Source: an uncultured Acidobacteriota bacterium
GTDB lineage: Bacteria; Acidobacteriota; Vicinamibacteria; Vicinamibacterales; CAVVIG01
Length of the DNA stretch: 64,000 nt
Reading direction: 5' to 3'
Assembly (NCBI GenBank): GCA_963748265.1
Contig: CAVVIG010000001.1
Span: forward strand, 329,959 to 393,958
Every line of letters starts with the position of its first letter. The first letter of the stretch is position 1. The notes under the pieces were generated by a model. It was not told where the DNA came from. It did no database searches and worked only from the letters and a program-made list of their open reading frames with translations. Both the position numbers and the translations under genes were made by a program. Of this stretch, positions 31,615-42,024 are shown piece by piece.

Positions 31615-32411
31615 ACATCTCGAGCTACGACTTCGGCTACGCATGGCCCTGGACCCTCGGCCATCTCCTCGCCGCCGCGATCTTCGCGGCGCTGGGTCTG
31701 ATCGCCTGGAGGCTGGTGCGCGCGCGCCGCGTCGCCGTCTTCTTTGGCGCCTTGACCGCCTGGGCGCTCGCCGGATCGGCCATCGTGAACGTCGCGCTGC
31801 GTCTGAGCCTGCCGCTGGCGCTCCCGACGGAGGCGTTCCTGCGCGCCGGCGAGGGACGAGTCGTGGACCTCGGCGCGGGCTCCGGCCGGGCCACGGTCAT
31901 GGTGCTGCTCGCACGCCCGCACGCCACGGTCGTGGCGCTGGACATCTTCAGCGACCGCTACGGCATCGACGGCAACACGCCCGTACGCCTCCGCGCCAAC
32001 GCCACGGCGGCTGGCGCAGCCGCGCGTCTGGAGGTGCAGACCGGCGACATGCGCGCGATGCCGCTGGCATCCGCCTCGTTCGATGGTGCCGTGAGCGCGT
32101 ACGCCATCGATCACCTGGGGAACGACGACGTCGCGCGCACGCTGGCCGAGACGCGCCGGGTGCTTCGGCCGTCGGGCGAGTTCCTGCTGATGGTGCTCAA
32201 TCCCGACGCGTGGGTACGCATGGCGCTGCCGATGTTCTACGAGCACGGCTACTTCGGACACCAGCCGGCCCCGGCGCTCTGGCGCGAGCGGCTGGAGACC
32301 GCAGGGTTCGAGGTCGTGGAGGTTGGCCGTCAGCCGGGCACACTCTACGTGCTGGCGATCAAGCAGGATCACACAACACGCGTGGAAACTGGTCTTATGC
32401 CTGATCCCTGA
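31611..32411 (+). CDS. Membrane-anchored class I SAM-dependent methyltransferase
   Basis: Two TM helices, VVDLGAGSG, GDMRAMP...FDGAVS, RVLRPSGEF; ATGA overlap with XRE gene. Confidence 0.88.
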   Translation: MNISSYDFGYAWPWTLGHLLAAAIFAALGLIAWRLVRARRVAVFFGALTAWALAGSAIVNVALRLSLPLALPTEAFLRAGEGRVVDLGAGSGRATVMVLLARPHATVVALDIFSDRYGIDGNTPVRLRANATAAGAAARLEVQTGDMRAMPLASASFDGAVSAYAIDHLGNDDVARTLAETRRVLRPSGEFLLMVLNPDAWVRMALPMFYEHGYFGHQPAPALWRERLETAGFEVVEVGRQPGTLYVLAIKQDHTTRVETGLMPDP

Positions 32412-32435
32412 TCCCCGATCCCTGATCCCTGATCA
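32400..32435 (-). repeat. Tandem GGGATCR heptamer array (copy 2, inverted relative to copy 1)
   Basis: CC TGATCCC TGATCCC CGATCCC TGATCCC TGATCA. Confidence 0.85.
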
Positions 32436-32448
32436 ATAATCCCTGACC

Positions 32449-33582
32449 ATGAACATGAGGACCGTCAGGCTGACCGCCGTCGCGCTGGCACTTGCGGTGG
32501 CCGTACCCGCCCTCGTCGCGCAGTCGCCCAAAGCGGAAATCTCCGGTCCCGTCGGACCGAGCCCGTACGATGTCGTCCGCGCCTGGCACAAGCCGTTCGC
32601 CGAGGCGGGCTTTGCGTTCGGGGGCAACTCGGGCGTCTTCGCCGAGTCGCCCGACCGCATCTTCGTCGCGCAGCGAGGCGAGGCCCGGCTGCCCAGCCCG
32701 ATCCCGCCCGAGTTCAGCGGGTACGCCGGGTCCATCGGTATCAACGTGCTGAGCGCTGTCGATCGGCGCGTGTGGAAGAACTGCCTCTACACGCTCGACG
32801 CCAATGGCAAGGTGAAGGAGCTCTGGAAACAGTGGGACACGCTGTGCGAAGGGTCGTCCGGCCCGGGCCCCCACCGCCTGCGCATCAGCCCGTACGACCC
32901 CGAGCGGCGCGTCTGGCTGGTCAACGAGACGTTCAGCCAGATCTACGTGTTCTCCAACGACGGCAAGCAACTGCTGCAGACACTCGGCGAGAAGAACGTC
33001 CAGGGGACTGACGGCAAGCACTTCGGCAAGCCGCAGGACGTCGCGTTCCTGCCCGACGGCCGTGTGCTCATCGCCGATGGCCTCGATAACCATCGCGTGA
33101 TGATCATGGACAAGAACCTGAACTACCTCGGCGAGGTGGGAGGCAAGGGCGCCGGCCCGGGTCAGTTCAACGGCGTGCACGCTCTCGGGATCGGACCCGA
33201 AGGACGCGTGTTCGCGCTCGATCGCTCGGGCGGCCGGATCAACGTGTTCCGCACGACGAGCAACCCCGCGACGCTCCAGTTCGAGCAGGCCTTCACCGGC
33301 TTCTCCCTCCCGCTCGACATCGTCGTCAACGACGACAGCCTGTGGATGACCGACCTGAACCCGCTGCGGTTCACCAAGCTCGATTTCAAGGGGACGCACC
33401 TCTACACGTGGATGGTGCCGCGCGAGCTGCCCGACGGCTACCTGGAGGTGCACACCTTCAGCGTCGACTCGAACCGGAACATGTACGGCGGCGATAACCA
33501 GTACGGCCGGACGCAGAAGTTCGTGCCGAAGGCGGGGGCCGATCCAAAGCTGATTATCGGCCCGCCCTGGCGCGCGCGCTGA
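32449..33582 (+). CDS. Secreted NHL-repeat beta-propeller protein
   Basis: Signal peptide; HFGKPQDVAFLPDGRVLIADGLDNHRV, GPGQFNGVHAL. Confidence 0.85.
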   Translation: MNMRTVRLTAVALALAVAVPALVAQSPKAEISGPVGPSPYDVVRAWHKPFAEAGFAFGGNSGVFAESPDRIFVAQRGEARLPSPIPPEFSGYAGSIGINVLSAVDRRVWKNCLYTLDANGKVKELWKQWDTLCEGSSGPGPHRLRISPYDPERRVWLVNETFSQIYVFSNDGKQLLQTLGEKNVQGTDGKHFGKPQDVAFLPDGRVLIADGLDNHRVMIMDKNLNYLGEVGGKGAGPGQFNGVHALGIGPEGRVFALDRSGGRINVFRTTSNPATLQFEQAFTGFSLPLDIVVNDDSLWMTDLNPLRFTKLDFKGTHLYTWMVPRELPDGYLEVHTFSVDSNRNMYGGDNQYGRTQKFVPKAGADPKLIIGPPWRAR

Positions 33583-33591
33583 CCGAGGCGC

Positions 33592-33993
33592 TCAGTTCGC
33601 CGGCCGCGTCGCCGGCTTGCCCTTGTCCTTGATCATGAAGACCAGGATCTTGGCGGGGGCCGTGGCGCTGGCGTTCTTCGACGTGGCGTGCACGTCGGTC
33701 GGGTTCTCGTAGAAGGTCTGGCCCGGACTGAGCGTCACGGGCTGTCCGCCCGTGACCTGCATCACCACGGATCCCTCGAGCACGTACACGAACGTGTGCG
33801 CGTCGTGGCGGTGCGGCGCGGAGGCGACACCGGCCGGATATTCGACGGTCGAGATCGTGACTTCCTTGCCGGCGAAGTCCGGCAGGTCCTTCGACAGGAG
33901 CGGCGTGGCCCTGGTCTGCTGCGCCTGCGCGCCTGCCGCCCATGCCACTGCCATCGCCACCAGCAGTGCTCGCCGGATCGAGGTCCCGTTCAT
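33592..33993 (-). CDS. Secreted cupin domain protein
   Basis: APHRHDAHTFVYVLEG, PGQTFYENPTDVH. Confidence 0.9.
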   Translation of the reverse strand: MNGTSIRRALLVAMAVAWAAGAQAQQTRATPLLSKDLPDFAGKEVTISTVEYPAGVASAPHRHDAHTFVYVLEGSVVMQVTGGQPVTLSPGQTFYENPTDVHATSKNASATAPAKILVFMIKDKGKPATRPAN

Positions 33994-34043
33994 CTCATGT
34001 CCTCCCCGGCGAATCCTACCTGAAGGTCCCGCGCCAGGACACC

Positions 34044-34090
34044 TGATCCCCGATCCCCGTTCCCTGATCCCTGTTCCTGATCCCTGATCC
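34044..34090 (-). repeat. Tandem GGGATCR heptamer array (copy 3)
   Basis: TGATCCC CGATCCC CGTTCCC TGATCCC TGTTCC TGATCCC TGATCC. Confidence 0.85.
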
Positions 34091-34097
34091 TTGGTTT

Positions 34098-35331
34098 CTA
34101 TCCGAGCAGCTTCAACTCCGACGGCGGCTTCCGCTGCAGCCCGCGCTTGATCGCCCGCAGCCGCTCGGCGCGTTCGATCAGGCGTGTCAGCAGGTCGGTG
34201 ATCGTCCAGTAGTGCGGCGCGGCCGACCAGAGGTAGAACGCCAGCGAGCCCGGCAGCGTGTTGATCTCGTTGAAGATAGAGCTCGTTCGCTGTCGGCGTC
34301 GATCAGGAAGTCGATGCGCGAGATCCCCTCGCATCCGAGCGCGGCGAATACGGTGGTCGGCGTAGCTGCCGCGCGCTCGCGCGCATCTCCGCCGGCAGAT
34401 CCTGCGGGTCCAGCACGCGCAACGCGCCGGCCATGCCCTCGCTCGAGCCGACGCTCTTGCGTCCCTGGCGCTGGTACTTCTCGCTGAACGTGAGCGGCGA
34501 CGCCTGGCTGCGTCAGCGGCATCTCGGTGACGGAGGCCACGGGCTCGTCGAGTCCTGCGACGGCGACGTTGATCTCGAGCCGGTTCTTGATGAACGGCTC
34601 GATGAGCGCTTCGACGTCGTACTCGAACACCTTGAGCACGCCGGCGACGAGCTCCGTGCCGTCGTGGCCGCCGCGCGACACACCCGCGCTCGACCCAAGG
34701 TTGCAGGGCTTGACGATGACCGGCCAGCCGAACGTGCCGGCGACTCGTGCGGGCAAGCTCGTGCAGCCAGCCGTGCGACGCGATCGAGCACGCTGCGCTC
34801 GCACGAAAGCCACGGCACGACCGGGACGCCGGCCTGCGTCGCCATGACCTTCGTCGACGCGCTTGTTCATGCCGACGGCGGATGCCATCACGCCGCAGCC
34901 GACGTACGCACAGCCGCCCAGCTCGAGCAGCGCCCTGGATGCAGCCGTCCTCGCCAAACGTTCCGTGCAGGACGGGCACGAAGACGTCCACCGGAATCCG
35001 GCCTGCCTCGCCCCGCGCAACCCGCCGAGCGGCGCTCCGCCGACCGGCATCAACGCGCTGAGGTGCCGAACCCGGCGCCAGCGTGACCTCGGTCGACAGG
35101 GATTGATCGGTCGGTCCGCCGCCCCCGCTTGAAGAACTCGCTGTGCCAGAGCGCATCGCCGATCCACCACCGGCTCGCATCGATCGATGTAGATCGGCAG
35201 CGGCGCGAAGCGCGTCGGGGTCGACGGCGTGCAGAATCTGAAGCCCGCTGACGACGGAGACGTCGTGCTCGAGCGATCGGCCGCCGAACAAGACGGCGAC
35301 GGTGGGGCTTCACGTCGATCGGCACGCTCAC
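34098..35331 (-). CDS. ddl: D-alanine--D-alanine ligase, many frameshifts (boundaries approximate)
   Basis: FGGRSLEHDVSVVSG, PVLHGTFGEDGCIQG, WPVIVKPCNLGSSAGVS, GISRIDFL, NEINTLPGSLAFYLW distributed over frames. Confidence 0.85.
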
Positions 35332-36985
35332 TCGACGGCTGTCCCTTCGCGCGAGGGCCAGAACACGCCGGCCGGCGCTCGTACAGATCCGGCAGATCGT
35401 TCTCGAGAACGACGAGATCGCCGTCCGCGAGGTGTTCGCGTCAGCCAGCGGAACGCTTCGGTCCGGCCCGGCACGGCGACAGCCGGTCCTCGCGGCCGGC
35501 GTCCTGGTGGCCGGCCACGAACGCCGTCGCGGTTGGTGTCGGACACGACGAGCGTGCCGGTCGCACACGGCCGCTGCGTCGCGCGAGAGTGCCCGGTTGA
35601 CGCTCGTACTGCTCGGCCCGAGCTCGATGACACCGGGCGTCGCGAGGAAGCGGCGCGTGACCGGAAGCGCCGCAGCCACCTCGAGCGCCGCGCGGAACCC
35701 GAACTGGTTCGAATTGTAGGCGTCGCGAATCCAGGTGACGCCGCGTCTCCTCGACGACCTCCAGACGGTTCGACACCGGCTTCAGGGTGCGAACGGCGCG
35801 ACAGCGATCTGCCGGATCGACGCCGACCGCCACGCGAGCGTGAATGCGCCGGCCAGGTTCAGGATGATCGGGCGGCCGAAGAGCGGCGTGAAGCACGCGT
35901 AGCGTCCGATCGCGGGTCCTGCAGCGCGAAGCGACGTGCCCTCCGGCGAGAACCGGACCTGCTCGAGCCGCGTCGTCGAGATCCTCGGCCGACGTCTCTC
36001 GCCGTAGAGCAGTACCGCGGCTGTCGGGTCGCGCTTCGCGATTCGCAGCGCGCCGGGGCTGTCGGCGTTCACGACGAGCAGCCCGCCGGGCGGCACGCGC
36101 CTGCGCCAGCTCGCTCTTGGCGCGTGACGATCTCGTCGGTGCGACCCGAAGCGTTCGAGATGCATGTCGCCGACAGCCGTGATGAGGCCGGCCGACGGCG
36201 GTGTCAGCTGGCAGAGCCGCCTGATCGATCCGCGTCTTGAAGGCGCCCATCTCCACGACCATGAACGCGGTGTCCGGGCACGAGATCTTCGCGGATGTGG
36301 CGCGTCGACGCCCATCAGCGTATTGATGCTGCCTGTCGCGGCGAGCGTCGGCGCCTGGAACTGGAGGATGTGGGCGAGCATCGCCTTCGTGCTGCTCTTC
36401 CCGTAGCTGCCGGTGATGCCGATGATGAACGGCTGCACGCGCGGCGACGCTGCTGCGCGGCCTCTTCCTCGTAATCGCCGCTGGACGCGGCGCTCGTACG
36501 GCGTCAGCAGGAGCGTTGGCCGCCACCAGGAGCAGCGGCAGCACCGCGAACAGGACCGCCGACGCGATGAGCGGCGCGCCGGACTTCGACGTCGATGACG
36601 GCACAAGACGCACACCCAGGCGAGCCGCTGCGAGGCACGAAGGCAATCGCGAGCACGCGGCGCGCCCGCCAGGTGAGCCGCAGCGGAACTTGCCCGAACG
36701 CCGCGGGTCCGGCTGACGCATGCCAGAGCGACGAGCGCCCGCGGCGAAGAACAGCCCGCCGACGGCGGTGCACGGCCGGCTCGCCAGCGAACAGGAACGC
36801 GCAAGGAGCGACAGCCAGAACGCCGGGATCGGTGAGCGAGCGGACGTTGGTCCAGCTTCAGGAACCGGACGTGCTCGTAGCCTTCCTGCTGGAAGTAGCG
36901 CAGGTACGCCAGCAGCCGGCGCCACGACAGTACAGCTGCGCGGCGCGCCAGCGACGGCACGAGCAGCGGCCAGAAGCTCAGGCAT
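35328..36985 (-). CDS. murF: MurF-like Mur ligase with N-terminal TM helices, many frameshifts (boundaries approximate)
   Basis: LRYFQQEGY, IGITGSYGKSSTK, GSINTLMG, VVEMGA, AVGDMHLERFGS, LKPVSNRLEV, TPGVIELG, ENDLPD. Confidence 0.8.
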
Positions 36986-37793
36986 CGCCTGCGAGCCGCT
37001 CAGCCACGCCCGCATCTCTCGACGCGCAGAGGTGGGCGCCCGTGCCGGTGTAGAGATGATGGTCCTTGTGCGGCAGCAGACCGAGCGTCGCCTGGGCCCG
37101 ATCAGCTCCCGGTAACGGCGCGCCAGCCACGGCGGCGTCTCACGATCGTCCCCGCCCCAGATGAGGAGCACCGGACAGGCGATGGCCTGCGCGCTCTCGG
37201 TCAGGTCCTCGTTCACGGTCCGGACGAAGACGGCGCGCAGCACGCCGGCAGCCTTGATAGTCCTTGGACCCGAACCGCTCGCGTGTGCCACTCGCACGGC
37301 GTCCGGACCCCAGGAGCGGCTGCAGCGCCACCAGCGCGCGCCGCAGCGCTGCGGATCCCCTGGCGCCGGATGCGCGTGCGCGACAGCGCCGGCAGCGGCA
37401 GGCCGGGACCGCCATGCAGCACCAGCGCGCGGATGTGCGGCAGGCGCCGCGACGGCCAGCCGAATCGCTGACGCGCCCGCCGAAGGAATGCCCCACGAGC
37501 ACCACCGCGCCGCCGACCTTCTCGAGCAGGTACTGCTGAACGAGGTCGCGTGTACTTGATGCGTGCCCCAGCCGTCCGGCGGCGGCGGCGCCTCGCCAAA
37601 CCCGGGGAGGTCGACGCAGGTGCACGCGGTGCGTGTGTTGAAAGAGCGTCGCGATGCCGCGAAGGCTCTCGCGGTTGCCGCCCCACCCGTGGAGGAAGAC
37701 GAGGTGACGCGACGACGGGTCGCCGGCTATTTCGTCAACGAGGCTCGCTCCGTTGTACTCGAAGCGTTCGACGGTCTGGAGTGCACTGCCCAA
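36978..37793 (-). CDS. Alpha/beta hydrolase, frameshifted (start uncertain)
   Basis: LVFLHGWGG, LVGHSFGGRV, TVNEDLT...CPVLLIWGGDDRETP. Confidence 0.8.
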
Positions 37794-37822
37794 CGTGGAA
37801 AGCGTAGTGTAGCACGCGCATG

Positions 37823-38956
37823 TCAGCCGACGGCCGCGCGGCGGCCCTCGATGACGGCGTCGTAGATGGCACGTGCGCGGCGGCCGACCGCATCCCAGAT
37901 GAGGTGATCGTCGAAGTGCTCGCGCACCCGTCGCCACTCCACGTCGAAGTCGAGTGCGGCCGCTGCGGACAATGCCTCGACGAGCGCACCGGAGTCGCCA
38001 ACCCCCCAGTGCACGCCGATGCGTCCTCCACCGGTGAGGGCCTGGAACGGCGCGATGTCGGTCACGACGGGAACGCATCCGCACGCACAGGCTTCGATCA
38101 GCGCATAGCCACAACTCTCGTAGTGGCTGCCGAGGACGAAGAGATCGGCCGCGCGGTACCAGGCCGGGAGCGAGTCATGCGGCACCTGGCCGGCCAGGCG
38201 CACACGGCTCGCAAGAACGTCAGACGCCTCGATCCGGCCACGCACGTCAGCCAACAGGCTGCCGCCCTGATACACCATCGTCAGCTTCGCAGGCGGCTGA
38301 CGTGACGCGAAGCGCTCGAAGCCGTCGAGCACCGTCATCGGGTCCTTGTTCGCGTCGAGCCGACCGACCCACAGCAGCGCGGGAGCTCCGTCGACGCCCG
38401 AACGCAACCGCGCACGGTCGCGAGCCATGGGCTCGAATCGGCTGCCGGCTTCCGGCACCGCATGTACAAGTTCGGGCGCCCGGATCGCGCCGGCCCGCAC
38501 CCAGACAAGCCCCTGCTCCACGGAGGTGAAGAGGAACGCGTCGGCCGCGCGCATCGCCACACGCCGCGCCCGCCCCCGCCACGACTGCCGCGGAGGCGGC
38601 GCGCCGCCGTGATCCTGCACGACCATGGCTGTCTGCAGCGGTAGACCGCGCCGCAGCCACCACGCATCGACGACTGCGTCGAGGCCGTTGACATGTACAA
38701 GGTCCGGCTCGAGACGGGCGACGGCAGCGGCAACCGCCTGCGTACGCCGCCAGCGATCCGCGCCGCGGCGGAAGACGTAGGCGACGCCATTCCGCGAAAG
38801 GGCCGCGTCCGTGTGGAACGCCTGTACCGACGTGACGGACGCGCCCGTCGCAGCGATCGCCTCGTTCCAGTCCGTCAGCGTCCGGTACCCATCGAGCAGC
38901 GCCGAGGGTGTCTCGATCGACGGGTCGAATGCGAAGGTGACCTGGACGACTCTCAT
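37823..38956 (-). CDS. Glycosyltransferase family 4
   Basis: LWVGRLDANKDP, ADLFVLGSHYESCGYALIEACACG. Confidence 0.9.
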   Translation of the reverse strand: MRVVQVTFAFDPSIETPSALLDGYRTLTDWNEAIAATGASVTSVQAFHTDAALSRNGVAYVFRRGADRWRRTQAVAAAVARLEPDLVHVNGLDAVVDAWWLRRGLPLQTAMVVQDHGGAPPPRQSWRGRARRVAMRAADAFLFTSVEQGLVWVRAGAIRAPELVHAVPEAGSRFEPMARDRARLRSGVDGAPALLWVGRLDANKDPMTVLDGFERFASRQPPAKLTMVYQGGSLLADVRGRIEASDVLASRVRLAGQVPHDSLPAWYRAADLFVLGSHYESCGYALIEACACGCVPVVTDIAPFQALTGGGRIGVHWGVGDSGALVEALSAAAALDFDVEWRRVREHFDDHLIWDAVGRRARAIYDAVIEGRRAAVG

Positions 38957-38992
38957 CGCGGCCAGCCGGGCGGCACCGTACTATAGTGGCCC

Positions 38993-40120
38993 ATGCGCGT
39001 TGCGCTCGTCGCGACCGGCGGCTTCGATCGCAGTGGTCGCGAGCGGATCATTCCCGCGATGGTCGCCCTTGTCGGCCGCCTCGCGCGGGCTCACGACGTA
39101 TTCGTCTACGTCCTCCGCTATCACGATGCGCCGTGCAGCTATCCGCTGGCCGGGGCGACCATCCGCGACCTCGGAAGCCCGCGAGGCATGGCGCGGCAGT
39201 GTTCCGCCCTGCTTCGCGCGCTGCGTGCCGATCGCCCTTTCGACGTCCTCCACGCGTACTGGGGCGTCCCCGCGGGACTGGTGGCCGCCGCTGCCGGGCG
39301 CCTCCTCGGCGTCCCCGCTGTGGTGACCTGCGACAGCGGCGAGTTCGTCGCGCTGCCCGACATCGGCTACGGACAGCAGTTGCGGCTGCGCCATCGAGTG
39401 GCCATCACGGCGGCGACACGCCTGGCCGCGCGTGTCACGGTCTGCACCGAGTACCAGGCGCGGCTCGCGCGTCAGCACGGTCTGAGCCCGGAGGTCATTC
39501 CGCTCGGCGTCGACCTCGATACGTTCGGGCGGCGCAGCGAGCCGCCGGAGGGGCCTCCGTGGCGCCTGCTGCATGTTGCCAGCATCAACCCGGTCAAGGA
39601 CCACGAGACCCTGCTCCGCGCCTTCAGCCGGCTGGCGGCTCGTGGCATCGACGCCAGACTCGACATCGTGGGCGTCGATACCCTCCAGGGCGGCACCCGC
39701 GCACTGGCGTCGTCGCTTGGCGTCGCCGACCGTGTCACCCTTCACGGGTTCCTGCCGACCGACGCCCTCGTGCCGCTCTACCACGCCGCGCACCTGAGCG
39801 TCCTCACATCGCGCCATGAAGCCGCTGGCGTCGTGCTCCTGGAATCGGCGGCGTGCGGGGTGCCGGTGATCGGCTCGCGAGTCGGCTACATCGCCGACTG
39901 GGCGCCGGACGCCGCGACCGCGGTGCCGCCACACGATCCAGACACGCTCGCGGAAACCATCGAGCGACTTCTTGGCGACCCGGCGCGCCGTGGCAGCACG
40001 GCCGATGCGGCGCATCGATGGGCCCGCTCGCACGACGCGGACGGCACCGCCCGGCAGTTCACGGCGCTCTACGTGCGGCTCGCAACCGGGCACGCGGTCG
40101 GCCGGAAGGCGACGGCCTGA
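38993..40120 (+). CDS. Glycosyltransferase family 4
   Basis: LHVASINPVKD, LTSRHEAAGVVLLESAACGVPVIGSRVG. Confidence 0.9.
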   Translation: MRVALVATGGFDRSGRERIIPAMVALVGRLARAHDVFVYVLRYHDAPCSYPLAGATIRDLGSPRGMARQCSALLRALRADRPFDVLHAYWGVPAGLVAAAAGRLLGVPAVVTCDSGEFVALPDIGYGQQLRLRHRVAITAATRLAARVTVCTEYQARLARQHGLSPEVIPLGVDLDTFGRRSEPPEGPPWRLLHVASINPVKDHETLLRAFSRLAARGIDARLDIVGVDTLQGGTRALASSLGVADRVTLHGFLPTDALVPLYHAAHLSVLTSRHEAAGVVLLESAACGVPVIGSRVGYIADWAPDAATAVPPHDPDTLAETIERLLGDPARRGSTADAAHRWARSHDADGTARQFTALYVRLATGHAVGRKATA

Positions 40121-40137
40121 CCTCGGGCGCGGTCCAG

Positions 40138-41353
40138 TCACCACTCCACGCCCTCTTCACGCAGACTGCTGCTGGCGATACGCGCCATCAGGCCGCGCTC
40201 GACCAGCCGATGCGCTCCGTCGACAACAACCGGTGCGCACTGACATCCGCGCGCGCGGAACACAGCCGCGAGCGACGGCTCCGCGATGGCTGGGCGTCCG
40301 TTCACCATGACGAGCGACACGGCCGCCCGGGTCGTGCGCAGCAACGCGTCGGCAGCGCCTGCGGCGCTCGGCGGAATCACACACAGGTCCGCGGGCGCAC
40401 CGGTGCGCAACTCACCCGCTCCATCGAGGCGGAGGACCGACGCCGCGCCCGTCGTAACCTGGCGCAGTAGGTCGTCCGCACCGACGCCCGTGCCAGCCGC
40501 CACGCGGAGCTCGTCCAACAGGTCGCGCGCCCCCGTCAGCCTTGAATCCGTTCCGAGGCAGACGCGCCCGTTCGCATGCGGCGATTGGAGCACCGCGGGC
40601 ATGTCCACGGTCCCTCCGAACAGCGAGAGGTTCGATGAAGGACACCACGCGAGGCTCACACCGCGCGCGAAGAGGTCGTGCCACTGCTCCGGCGCGATCG
40701 CCACGCCGTGGACGAGGACCGTGTTCTCCCTCAGGCAACCGCGAGCGTCGAGCTGGGCGATCTCCCCCGCCGCTGTTGTGTCGACGCCTTCCGCCGCGTG
40801 GACGATGAACGGCCAGTCAGGTGGCGTCGCCCGCCACCGCATCTCGACGACGCCTCCGGGCTCGCCGTTGGCTCCTGCGGGACCGTCCTCGAGCGCCAGC
40901 GAATGCGCCCATCCCATCCGGCGGACCGTTCGCACGGGAAACCGCCGGCCAAAGGCCCGGTACAGAGGGTTGTGGTGGGCAACCGTCGTCGCACCCGCAA
41001 ACAGGTTCTTGACGGCGCCGACGAACAGCCGCTCGTCGAGTGGCGCCTGGCTCCGCCGGCGGATCTCCGGGTCGTCGCGGATGAGCGGCCGCAGATCGTC
41101 AATCCACTCGCGTGCGTTCGAATAGCGCTCGCGCGGGTGCAGCCGGCCGTAGTGATTGAGCTCCAGGTGATCGTGCGCGTTGACCAGGCCTGGCAGAACG
41201 ACGCGCCCGTCGAGATCGACGACGCGATCCCCGGCGGCGTGGAGCGTCGTCGAGCGCCAGCACCCGACGACCGACACGGATGGACCGCGCCTCTCCGGAC
41301 GGTGTGACGACGCGCGCGTTGACGAACGTGGTCGGACGCAGCCACCCGAGCAT
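40138..41353 (-). CDS. Amidohydrolase superfamily protein (deaminase-like), frameshift near 41270
   Basis: PGLVNAHDHLE, IVHAAEG, VLVHGVA, WCPSSN, LGTDSRLTG. Confidence 0.88.
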
Positions 41354-42024
41354 CACGCGCGCGTCCGCATCCGCCTCGAACCGTGAAAGACCACCACCAC
41401 CGGCGCGCCGCGCCCGTCGACGCGTGGTTCGCGGATCGCGCAGATGTCGATATCGTGGGCATCCAGCAGCTGGAGGTGCTCCTCGATCGCATGCGGGCAA
41501 TACGGCAGTTCGTAGCGCTGGCCATCCGCCGCCGCGAAGGTGCGGCGCCATCCGAGCGCCGTCCACGACGGGTGGAAGTCCGAGTAGACGAGCTGACCAC
41601 CGACAGCGAGGACCCTTGTCGCTTCACCGATGAACGCGTCGAGGTCCGCGATGTCGCCGCACATGAGCGACGAGCTGACCACGTCGAACGCGCCGCTCCT
41701 GAACGGCAGGCCGCAGGCATCGCCTCGAATGCGCGCGAACGAGCCGTCGGCACACGCGAGCATCGCCTCGGACAGGTCGACACCGACGACCAGTGGCACG
41801 CCGGCCTCGCGCAGGAGCGCAAGGTTGCGACCGGTCCCTGTGCCGACGTCGAGCGCACGACGCGCGCGGGTCGAGCGCAGAAGCGGGGCGACGATCACCT
41901 GCTCCGCCTGCATCAGCGGGTTGTGCGGGCGCGCGGGATAGGTCGGCGCCCAGAGGGCGTACGCCTCGTCGGCCGGAAGGAGCGACACCCGACGCGGCAA
42001 CAGGCGCGCCAGCAACCCTTTCAT
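41353..42024 (-). CDS. Class I SAM methyltransferase (BioC-like fold)
   Basis: AYALWAPTY, ALDVGTGTGRN, GVDLSEAML, LPFRSGAFDVV, YSDFHP. Confidence 0.88.
   Translation of the reverse strand: MKGLLARLLPRRVSLLPADEAYALWAPTYPARPHNPLMQAEQVIVAPLLRSTRARRALDVGTGTGRNLALLREAGVPLVVGVDLSEAMLACADGSFARIRGDACGLPFRSGAFDVVSSSLMCGDIADLDAFIGEATRVLAVGGQLVYSDFHPSWTALGWRRTFAAADGQRYELPYCPHAIEEHLQLLDAHDIDICAIREPRVDGRGAPVVVVFHGSRRMRTRA

Noticed and set aside
30841-34090. Heptamer arrays as CRISPR repeats or transposon ends
   Set aside because: No unique spacers, cas genes, transposase or evident target-site duplication
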